A stretch of 64,000 nt of DNA, taken from contig NMRA01000518.1 in the NCBI GenBank assembly GCA_002633005.1, positions 124,001 through 188,000 on the forward strand, written 5' to 3'. Origin of the DNA: Phoronis australis. Its lineage: Eukaryota; Animalia; Phoronida. Positions 1 to 12,300 of this stretch are shown here, one piece after another; within the stretch, counting starts at the first letter, position 1, and each line of letters begins with the position of its first letter. The notes below the pieces were generated by a model. It saw only the letters and a list, made by a program, of their open reading frames with translations, ran no database searches and was not told the DNA's origin. The position numbers and the translations under genes are program-made.

Positions 1-262
1 TAGAGTTGGTATTGTAAGTGGGTCATAGGTTAAACACATGTTCACATTCTGTCTACTTATTAGGCATGGTTGTGATTCTGACTATTCTTTCAGCCATTTG
101 GCTCCATTTTGGTAGTGTTTTTGGTATAACTTAAAAGAGGCCAATAGCTGACGACCTCAATTAACCACAGCGGATGTGTCCTTTTCAGCCTTCGACTTCT
201 GGTAACGAGATGTTGATTTTGTAATTATTTTTTAACAATTTGCTGTCATTATGTTTTTGCAG

Positions 263-304
263 TTCAAACAAAAGTGCCAACTACACCTGGTGTCACGGGA
301 CTTG
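263..304 (+). CDS. Papilin-like linker micro-exon (VQTKVPTTPGVTGL)
   Basis: ttgcag|...|gtaagt, 42 nt, phase 1-1; paralogue at 9801-9842. Confidence 0.75.
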
Positions 305-3300
305 GTAAGTAATACTTGAGAATCATTGGTTACTGCAGTTATTGAAAGGTAAGTCCTTTGTTGTCTCAACACCTGTAGTGATACTAAAATTTTAATAGTG
401 AATAGGAACATTAAGCAATGCCATTTATAATGCCCATAATTCTGAACCATTCCCAGTTTGGCTTCTCAAGCAATCCCATTAATAACGCTCATAGTAATGA
501 ATCATTATGATTCTCGCTTTTCAAACTATCCCATTTCTATTTTCAGATATTTGTGCACTACCCAAAGTTGAAGGCCCATGTGCTGCTCGCATCAACGCTT
601 GGTACTACAACAAAGACAAGGGGGCGTGTCTTCCTTTCACTTATGGTGGTTGTGATGGCAATGAGAATAATTTTTTTTCTATTGAGGCTTGTGAAGCTGC
701 TTGCCCAGTAGATGGTATGTAGCCAGCGCCTTATAACCTACTTGTTTTTTAATATGCACTTGTTTTAGTCTAGGGCGTCATTTGAGTTGAGTCACAATTG
801 TCACGGCTTATTATGTTCCCACTATTTATATGTGGGTACATATTGCCATCATCCATCTGGACGTCTGACATCTGCAGCTGTGTCTTCTAAGCTCCTCACA
901 GGATCTTGATGAGATTGGGGAGGTGTGTTTCTATCAAGCTGACTACGGATGACGACAAGTTTCAGACTGATCCGACTTAAGCTATGCTCCCTAGTGGCAA
1001 TTTTAGCTTTTAGTGATTGCCTCTGTATCTTTGTAATTCTTGGATAGATTTTCATGAAATTTGGTTTCTATTATGAAGGTGACGATACCTTTACATTTTC
1101 CGACATTTTTGATGATTCTGAGCCACTTAGTAGCTGTTCTTAAAATGTCCTTTTTTGTCATCCGCCTTTTTATCTGCCAAACTGCTCAAAGGATGATTAT
1201 GAAAATTGGCAGGTGTGTTTCTGATGAGGAGGCGGTAGTCGATGTTGATTTTAGGGCGTGTTTGACTACCCTGGTGCTCCATACTGGAGATTTTGTTTCA
1301 TTTTGCGTCCACGGCTGTATCTTCTTTACAGGAACTATGTGAAATTTGGCTGATATGTTTCTATGGAGTTGACAAGAGGTGATGACGAATTTCAGCCCAA
1401 TTCAATGTTTGGTGTGCCCTCTAGTGGCAATTTTTTTTTTACATTTTCCTGTGTGTCTCCAATAATGGTGAATGGATTTTCATGAAACTTGACCAATAGG
1501 TTTCTATTAAGGTAATGATAATGCCTTTCCATTTTTGCACATATTTCACATATTATGCACCTCCTAGTGGGAATTTTTAACAATTTCAAGTCCATCTTTG
1601 GCATCTGTCTATCTGCCAAGCTACTACTTGGAGGATCATTGTGAAAAGTGGCAGATGTGTTTGTGATGAGAAGGCCCCGTCTGACGTTGCTATTCTGACG
1701 GGTTCTACTACTCTAACGCCCCCTAGTGTTTTTTTCCGTCTACCACTCCTTAACCTTTTTTATTTGCGTTTGCCTCTGTATTTTCAGAGTTCATGAATGG
1801 ATTTTTATCAAATTTGGCAAACAGGTTTCTATTATGGAGATGACAATGGTCTTCCATTTTCATATGGATTTGATGTATTTTTGCATGACTTAGTGACTAT
1901 TTTTATTTTTTTGGGTTCCTTTCTTATTCCTGATTAGAAGACGCAGATTTTTAGCTGTATTTGCCTGCTGTGACGCCTCCTGGTGGCAGCTAGTCTTTTT
2001 TGCTTCCTTGGCTGTGTCTCCTTACTCCTTTGAAAGAACTTTGTGAAATTTTGCAATAATTAGTTTTATATTATAAATATGAATACGGCTACCTAAGACT
2101 TTTGAATGGTTTTGACTACCGTTGTACCCCCAGTGGCAATTTTAGTTTTAATGTTTGCATCTGCATCTTCAGAGTCTTTTGACAGTTTTTATTGAAATGT
2201 GGTAAACAAGTTCCTGTTAGATAGTGATAGCATCTATCCATTTTTTGGTGGATTTGACATTTTCTGTGCCTTCTATTGTCCATTTTGACACTTATAAACA
2301 CCCGTAGAAGCACGCTGTTAGCGTTGCTGTTGTGGGCGCATATCAGTGCTCTCCGGTGCTTTCGTTTGCTCTACACCAGGTTTGTAGATCCTGCTGACAT
2401 CAAAGACCTAACCCACAGACAGTTTTTGTATTGTTAGTTTTTTATTCCCACATCAAGCTCATTCTGCGTCATCGGTCTTAACACTGGAATTCTTCTCTGT
2501 TGCACTTTAATTGAAACTTGATGTACTTAAATAAGGGTTTGTGAATGTCGAGAATTAGGTCAGGAGACTTGAATGTGCATAGCTGTGACTGTAGTCAATT
2601 GACCAAATAATGTGCTCTTGTTAAAGAACTTTCTAGTTTGTGCAAATGTGGTGTGGATTCAGTGTGACGTTTTCTTATCTTGAGGTTAATTTATCGTTTT
2701 TATGCCTCACTGTTACTTAACTTAATGGGCCATGACCAGTGTGTTCAAATTATGTGAATTCTTGTTTAGAGGTCGATCTGGCTAACCAAAATTTTTCCAT
2801 CTTCTAACAACCAAACATGTTCAGAAAAGTTTCTTGAATGTTTATAAGTTTTAACCTTTCATCTGAGGTTCTTCATCACCCCTGCCATTCAGTGAACTAG
2901 ATTTATAGATCAAGAGAGCATGCATTAAGTATCCAACACTGTCAGACTTTCCTACCATCCAAGATTTTACACTCCTCGCTACCAGCTAGTTATTTGTTTT
3001 AGACCCAATTTAACATATTGTAGACATCTGTACCCTTCCATCTAACAACGGCCAGAGCTCAGGCTATGAAATCTTCTGGTATTATGATAAGAACATCAGG
3101 CGGTGTCGTCGGTTCATCTTCAGAGGTGTTGGTGGCAATGCCAACAGATTTGCCAACAGGGAGAGCTGCTTAAGTGTTTGTGGCAGACGCCCGTCTAAGA
3201 AGACTGGTTAGTGCGACGCTGAATGTATTACTGAACTACATCAAACTGGAAACTTAGACATAGACATGGGCAGATCCAGGCAAATCCAGGGGGGCCAAGG

Positions 3301-6300
3301 GTATCCAGTGCCCCCCTTTTCCCTTGATTTTAGTGATATTAAATCTATAATTTTCAAATTGTTGTTTTGGACCCCCTTTAAAAAATCCTTTATAAAAATT
3401 CTGGATCCGCCCTTGTTAGAACATCTAGTATGATGTTCACATTCTGTCAAAAACCAGCTTTTCATTTAAGCCACAGGAAATGGCAACAAATATTATGCTT
3501 TACCATGATTTTGAACTGTGTTCTGCACCTTGGTTTCCACTAAACATTGTTTTTAAAAAAAGGTGTAATCGTGCAAATATTTTTGGTGAATGTAATCCTG
3601 TTTTTGAGTTCTTAATGGCTTATTTATATGGGCTCTTTGAAACTTATGAAACGATGTTACAAGTGTCTGTTGTTATCTAACAAAATGTTTAATGTTGTTT
3701 AATTATGCTGCAGTAATTCAGTGTTCATGTAGTCATTAATTATCACATTTTGTACAGCTAAACATTCTGCACGATATCCACCCTTTCTTAACACAAATTA
3801 CCACGTTTTGTGCTAACGTTCGTGTTGTCCCTCCTTTTCACTAATCCTTTTATATCTTTGCCCTGTATGTTTGATATAACTGATATCTATACAACTGATT
3901 CATATGCAATTAGAGCAACTTATATGGAGAATCCCGTGTTCTACTTGTTGTGTTTTATAATTGCTTCATACAGAGGCTCCTCTGCAACCAACCACAGCTG
4001 CTCCGAAATCTGTGAAGACAGATGCTCCAACCACCCAACAGGCTCCAGTAATCACGACTGGTCTTGCTGGGAAAGAGTTCAAAGGTCAGTTATTAGTAGA
4101 ATGTGATGATAAAAAATGATTTTGAATATGTTCCAAATTCATTGAATGAAGTATTCTGAAGTTAGCACACGCTTTCACAGGCTATACTTGTGAAAGTCTC
4201 CAAGATGCTTAGGTAGTTGCCTTATTGACAGTGAAAAATTCAAAAAGCTGTGTAGTGCATAAACACGTCTGACTCATCTCTGTAATGTGTTTAGGTCAGT
4301 CATTGAGTGCATTTTGTTACTTCAGAAATAGAGTTGGATTCGGGATGTGGAAATATAAAAATTGAATGGGGACAATACTCTGGTCCATAAGTTAAGCTGA
4401 CTTGGACACTGACCATGTGTGGTGATTCACGTTGGGACAAATCTTCGCTTCACTGCTGTTTTTCCTAACTTTGATTTAGCTGTTGATAGACTCTCCAACT
4501 GGCAACAGTTAGACCTACCTTTCATTAGTTGACGGTTGATGCAATAACTGTACCAAGCTTATGATTGTAAGAGATTACAATATCCTGCAGTTTTATGTAG
4601 TCATAGTGTGCATGCTAGATCTTCTGCATTTCATTATCATCTTGTAATCACTGTAATGTGGATTGTCCATGACTTGTCTTCTCTGAGACGAAGTGCCGTA
4701 CTATTGCATTGTATGTATTACTATATTTTTCTAAACTCGAGCCTCTTAAATAATGTTTATTGTAGTTGATTTCTATCAGTGTTTGTTTGGACATAAATTG
4801 ATACATGTGTGGTATTACAAATTTATGGAAATTTCTATTTCTGCTTTCTTGCGTTTTATCATGTTTTCTTGGTTTATGTAGAGGCCCACACGCATCCAAC
4901 CATAGCTTCACAGAAATCTGTGAGAACAGATGCACCAACCACTAAACAGGATTTGGTGACCTCAACTGACTTACCTGGAAATGAGGTTAAAGGTCAGTTG
5001 TTGATTGAATAAAAAGTGAAGTATTGAATATGTGGCAATATTCATTGAAGCAGTTTGTGTTGTACAGTCATACACTTGCATATGCCATAATTGTGCACAG
5101 AGTTGCGAGGCAGACATTGAAAAATTCAAAAAAATCAGGATGACGCATGATAACTGGTCTATCACATGTCTGACATGCTTAGAAATATGATAGCAGACCT
5201 ACCTTTTGAAAACTAGGTGAATCATCCAAAGCATTTTGCTAACTCAGAAATAGAGGAGAGTCCAGTGTATGGGAACAATACCGGCTTGGTGGCTTGTCCC
5301 CACTCTGGTCCTTGAGTCAAGCTGACTTGGGCACTGACCATGTATGGTGATTTATGTTAGGGCAAATGTTGGTTTCAACACTGTTTTTCCTAGATTTGAT
5401 TTTTCATTGTTCTTTGCAATTATGTAGTTCTCAGAGTTCTTAGACTGCTGTTTCAGTAGTCTTGCCTCAAGTCTCATGTCTGTAGCTTTTAAATGTTTAC
5501 AAATGCCATTTCCCTCTCATAGACCCCTGTCCTGAAGTCTGCACCCTGATTTACACCCCTGTGTGTGCCAACAATGGAAAGACATATCCCAATGAATGTG
5601 CCATGAGGGTTGCTGGCTGTAAGACGAAAACTGAACTGAAGGTTGTGTCCAAAGGCAAATGTCCGGAAACTACCACTCCCCAAGGTAGGGGTTTGACATA
5701 ATTTCTACTTGTTCTTTTACTGAACTTTGCCTAACTTTTAGTCATTTCGTACGTAAAATTATTTAGTGCATCTCTCACTTGCACCCTATAATCGATTCAT
5801 CCCTATCGGCTTAAGTCACTTCGTCTCCACATCTGCACTGCAAAGACCTAATGGGTTTAGATGCTTTGCAGTCTTCAGGAAAGATCTGGTGCATGCCCAT
5901 TCACACCCTTCCTGTAAAGAACTTCCTAATATTCATTCATAAATGCTAGTAAAATGATGGGTGGTTGGATTGTTGTGACGCCGTTGTGTTATTATTTTTA
6001 TGCGCCCACATATTTATATGTGGACGCATTATGCCGTCATCTGCGTCCGTCCGGGGGGCGTCCAACCGTTTGACGTATGTTCATGAAATTTTGCACGTGA
6101 TCCTTTCATTGATGGGATGGCATGAGCGAACTTTCGAATGAATCCGATTACCGGTGTGCCCCCTAGTGGCAATTTTAGTTTTTTACGTTTATCTTTGTGT
6201 CTTCAAATGTCCTCGACGTATTTTCAAGAGGCAATTATTAGTAAGACGACGGCATTCTGCCATTTTCGTAATTTCATAAAATTTGGCGTACAGGCTTCTG

Positions 6301-9300
6301 TTAATGAGGTGACGCTAATGCAATTTTGGATGCCGGAAACTGAGCAAGCCTAGATGAACATTACTATGTCACCTTTCACCATTGTAGGATACATCTTGTA
6401 TGGCACTGAATGAAATAATAAAGCCTAGATGAACATTACTATGTCACCTTTCATCATTGTAGGATACATCTTGTATGGCACTGAATGAAATAATAAAGCC
6501 TAGATGAACATTACTATGTCACCTTTCACCATTGTAGGATACATCTTGTATGGCACTGAATGAAATAATGAAGCTCGTGACTCTGATTCATTCCCAGTCT
6601 AATCTGTTCTCTGACTTCTCAAACCATCCCATTTATATTTTCAGATATTTGTGCACTACCCAAAGTTGAAGGCCCATGTGCTGCTCGCATCAACGCTTGG
6701 TACTACAACAAAGACAAGGGGGCGTGTCTTCCTTTCACTTATGGTGGTTGTGACGGCAATGAGAATAATTTTTTTTCTATTGAGGCTTGTGAAGCTGCTT
6801 GCCCAGTAAATGGTATGTAGCCAATACCTTCAACCCCATTTGTTTTAAATTAGTACTTTGGCCTATAGTTTAATGTTTCAGTCTTGGACATAAACTGAGC
6901 TGAGCAATTACTATTTCAATGTTTAATAGGTTTATTCAAGATTTTCAGATCCTACTGACATGGTACTGAAGTCTTGTAAGAACCTGATATTAACCTACAG
7001 ACAGTTTTTGTTTTGTATGCGCCCACATATTTATATGTGTTCGCATATCTCTGTCTGGGCGCCGTCAGGCATCCGTTGTCCGACATCTGCAGCTATGTCT
7101 CCTAAACCTTTCACAGTATTGTGATGAGATTTGGCCGATGTGTTCCTATGAAGTTGACGACGGACGGCGACGAAATTTGAACCTCTGATTACCGGTATGC
7201 CCCCTAGCGGCAATTTTAGTTTTTTAGGCTTACCTCTGTATCTTCGGAGGTCCTCAATGGATTTTCATATAATTTGGCAGTTAGGCATCTATTAGTGAGC
7301 TGATGCTATCCTCATGTTTTCGAATGGATTCGAGGTACTTTGCGCCACCTAGTTGCCATTTTTACCGTTTTCGAGTCTGTTTTTTGACGTCCACCCCTCT
7401 ATCTGCCAAACTGCTCTAAGTATGATTGTGAAAATTGGCATGTATGTTCTTACTATGAAGAGGACGGTGGACGATGATTTTCCGATGACTTTGAATACTG
7501 TGGCGCCTCCTAGTGGCAGTTTTGTTGTTTTGCGCCTGTGGCTATTTCTCCTAAACCGTTTGCAACATCTTTACTAAATTTAGGAAATGCATTTATATGA
7601 TGTTGGCAATAGATGGCGACGACTTTCAGACAGATCGGACAACTGATGTGCCACCTAGTGGCAATTTTATTTTTTTACGTTTACCTCTCTATCTTCCGAG
7701 GTACTCAACGTAATTTCATAAAATTTGGCGTACAGGCTTCTGTTAGTGAGATGACGCTAACTTTCCCTTTTCAGATGGATTCGACCTAGTTTGCGCCACC
7801 TAGTGGCCATTTTTACTGTTTTTTGGCATGTATATTTTTACTCTGAAGTGGATTCTGACGATGATTTTCCGATGACTTCGACTAATGTGGCGCCTCCTAG
7901 TGGCAGTTTCTTTTTTGCGCCCATGGCTGTATCTCCTAAACCGTATAAGTGTGTTTATATGATGTTGACAACGGATGACGATGATTTTGGGATGGATCTG
8001 GCTACTCGTATGCCCCCTGCTGGCAATTTTGTTTTTACGTTTACCTCTGTATCTTAAAAGGTCCTCAACAGATTTTCATAAAATTTTGAATACGGGCATC
8101 TAGTGGTGAGATGACACTATCCTCCCATTTTCGGATGGAATCGAAGTACTTTGCACCACCTAGTGGCCATTTTTCCTCTTTTCTGTTTTTTGGCATCTAC
8201 CTCTCTATAAACCAAATCATTCGAAATTTGGCGTATGTGTTCTCAGTGTGAGGAAGACGGTTAATGATGACGACTTTGACTACTCTGTCGCTTCCTAGTG
8301 GTAGTTTTGTTTTGTTTTGTGCCCATTGTTGCCTCTCCTAAACCCACTGCAGGATCTTTATTAAATATTGTAAGTTTATTTATATGAAGCTAACAACAGA
8401 CAATGACGACTTTCAGGTGATCCAGTGAACACTGTGCCCCCTAGTGGCAATTTCATTTTATTCTGTTTTCCTTTGTTAAGTTTCTATGAAGTTCCATGAC
8501 CGATTTCTATGAAATTTGGTCTTAGCGTATTAAAGAAGCAATGACATGTTCCCATTTTCGGACGGATTATATTTTTTTGTACCATCTAGTGGCCATTTTT
8601 ATGACACAAATAAGCAAACCTAAAATCACACCATTTGCGATGCTTTCGTGGGCGCATTTCGTCGCTCCGTGTTGCTCTTGTTAAAATTTTGCCAGTTAGC
8701 GCATAAAAGGTTAAAAAATCAAAGAATGTCAAACCTAAATTAACACGGGAAATCTTGGACTAAGTTAAACACAGGAACCATGATCTGCTCGTGTGCAAGT
8801 ATATGTCACTTCCTCCATCTCAGTTGATACTACTTGATTGATATTGACATTAAACAATTTGAAAAGCTGAGCAGGCCAGGGTATAATTCATCACGCTTGA
8901 CTCAGCTCAAAAGCCAGGTTATGTATCATACTATAAAATGTCTTTAGTTTTAAAAATGTCTGTCAACACCATTTCTCTCTCATAGACCCCTGTCCTGAAG
9001 TCTGCACCCTGATTTATGCCCCTGTGTGTGCCAACAATGGAGAGACATACCCCAATGAATGTGCCATGAGGGTTGCTGGCTGTAAGACAAAAACTGAACT
9101 GAAGGTTGTGTCCAAAGGCAAATGTCCGGAAACTACCACTCCTCAAGGTAGGGGTTTGGCATAATTTCTACTTGTTCTTTTACTGAACTTTGCCTAACTT
9201 TTAAATGTTCATTCATTTGTAGTTAAAATAAATGAGTAGTTCTTTCACAAAATATAACACGAATGTTCAACATCTGTCTTATCTTTGTGTTGTAGTTTTT

Positions 9301-12300
9301 TAAAGCAATTTATCCTTTATTGGTGCTATGCTTTTGTTCATTTTTTAATGTTTAAGTATTCAGGGGCTTTTTGCCAGGACTGTTGAGTGTTTTTAAATCG
9401 ACCTAAAATGGGATAACATTTATTACATAAAACACACTCACATCGTTAAGGCAACCTCACATACTGCAGGACATAATATCTGAATTGAAGAAATTCCATA
9501 GTTTATGCAAGTAAAATAAAAGTCAAATATCTTATTTAAAAAGAAACGTTTTATGAAAATGTTCAAGCTAAACACTGAATGTTCATCATACTTTTTCTGT
9601 AACAGTGGAACGCAATAAGACAAATATGTCATGTGCCACTGACCTAGAATAGACCAGAATGTTTCAAATAGCAACTGTTTCAAGTATTCAGCCTTTATAG
9701 TCACATGTTATCCTTTTCATCTGTTTCTTATAATGAGAAGTTGAAATTTTTATTCATAATGAATTTAATTAACAGTTTGCCGTCATTGATTTACTTGTAG
9801 TTACAACCAAAGTGCCAACTAAACCTGGCGTCACAGGACTAGGTAAGTAATAGTTAGAATTATTTGTTACTTTTTGTTATTTTCCAACGAAATTATCTAA
9901 TATTAGACCTTACGCAATTTGTCTCAATACGCTGTTCTGTGCTGGCTCTAGAATTGATAATGATACATATTTTACTAGAAGCATCTCCAAATTAATGCAT
10001 CTGTCATATGTTGGGTCACAAACTGTTTTCCATCACCTTGTTATACTCATTCAAGTACTCACCAAATAACTAATAGTGGAAGATATGCACAGGATTCTCT
10101 TATAAATTCATTTGTTATTTAAAGTGGGACTTGCACACTAATTCTTTATCTCTGCGATTGCTTGGTCAAATTAGTTAAAAAGTTAGCCACGATGTGAATA
10201 TGAAGTACATTGAAAATTGCCAAATGTGTTTAAGAAACAGTTTTGTGTCAAAAGCGATCCGCCACAAATCACTCAACCATGTTTGTGACGTTATGTTGGG
10301 GAATAGCACTGCATGATGGGATCTATATGAGTCCTCAAGTTACATCAGGTCGCCAATTTGCAGAATGTTTTGTTTTCACCTTTACAAGATGCCAGTGAAT
10401 ACAACAGTAATTACTGCACTTTGATTAGCATAGATTATGTTCTCATGGTATTGTCGTTTAGTTTCTGCTATACATTGGCATTATTAGGAGCTTGCAAATA
10501 CTTTTTTAAACATCTCTTTAAAGTTAAAGCTGACATGATGTCTAGCCTTTAGTTGTGTTAACTAGTTGTCTTAATGCAATTTTGGATGCCGGAAACTGAG
10601 CAAGCCTAGATGAACATTACTATGTCACCTTTCACCATTGTAGGATACATCTTGTATGGCACTGAATGAAATAATAAAGCCTAGATGAACATTACTATGT
10701 CACCTTTCACCATTGTAGGATACATCTTGTATGGCACTGAATGAAATAATAAAGCTCGTGACTCTGATTCATTCCCAGTCTAATCTGTTCTCTGACTTCT
10801 CAAACCATCCCATTTATATTTTCAGATATTTGTGCACTACCCAAAGTTGAAGGCCCATGTGCTGCTCGCATCAACGCTTGGTACTACAACAAAGACAAGG
10901 GGGCGTGTCTTCCTTTCATTTATGGTGGTTGTGACGGCAATGAGAATAATTTCTTTTCTATTGAGGCTTGTGAAGCTGCTTGCCCAGTAAATGGTATGTA
11001 GCCAATACCTTCAACCCCATTTGTTTTAAATTAGTACTTTGGCCTATAGTTTAATGTTTCAGTCTTGGACATAAACTGAGCTGGGCAATTCCTATTTCAA
11101 TGTTTAATAGGTTTATTCAAGATTTTCAGATCCTACTGGCGTGGTACTGAAGTCTTGTAAGAACCTGATATTAACCTACAGACAGTTTTTGTTTTTTATG
11201 CGCCTACATATTTATATGTGGTCGCATATTGCTGTCATCTCTGTCTGGGCGCCGCCCGACGTCCGTTGTCCGACGTCTGCAGCTGTATCTCCTAAACCTT
11301 TCACAGGATTTTGATGAGATTTGGCAGATGTGTTCCTATGAAGTTGACGTCGGACGACGACGAAATTCGAACCTCTGATAACCGGTGTGCCCCCTAGTGG
11401 CAATTTTAGTTTTTTAGGCTTACATCTGTATCTTCGGAGGTCCTCAGTGGATTTTCATATAATTTGGCAGTTGGGCATCTATTAGTGAGCTGATTCTATC
11501 CTCATGTTTTCGGACAGATTCGAGGTACTTTGCGCCACCTAGTGGCCATTTTTACTGTTTTCGAGTCTGTTTTTTTGGCGTCCGCCGTTCTATCAACCAA
11601 ACTGCTCTCAGGATGATTTTGAAAATTGGCATGTAGGTTCATACTGTGAAGAGGGCGGCTGACGATGATTTTCCGATGACGTGGACTACTATGGCGCCTC
11701 CTAGTGGATGTTTTGTTTGTTTTTGTACCCATGGCTGTATCTCCTAAATGCTCTACAGGATCTCTATTGAATTTTGCTGGTGTATTTATATGAAGTTGCC
11801 AACAGAGGATGATGACTTTTCGGTCGGATCGGGCTACCGATCGAGGCTTTTTGCGCCATCTTGTGGCCAGTTTTACTGTTTTCGAGTCTTGATATTTGGC
11901 GTCTGCCCCTCTGTCAACCAAACCACTCTAAGGATGGTTGTGGAAATTGTCATCTATATTCCTAATGGGAAGAGGAAGTCTGATGATGATTTTCTGACGA
12001 CTTTATCTACTTTGTCGCCTCTTAATGGCAGTTATGTTTTTTGCGCTTATGGCCTCTTAGTGACAATTTCATTTTTTCGTTATACTCTGTCTTCTCAGAT
12101 GTTCCTTGACGGATTTTTCTGAAATTCGGTAATTAGCTTTGATGACATACAAGGTTTCGGATGTAATCGACATATTTTGCGCCATCTAGTTGCCATATTT
12201 ATGTTCCAAATAAACACCCCTAGAAGCACACCATTAGCGGTGCATTCATGGATGCATGTCAACACTCTGTGTTGCTCTTGTTGTAGTGTTTAACATAACC

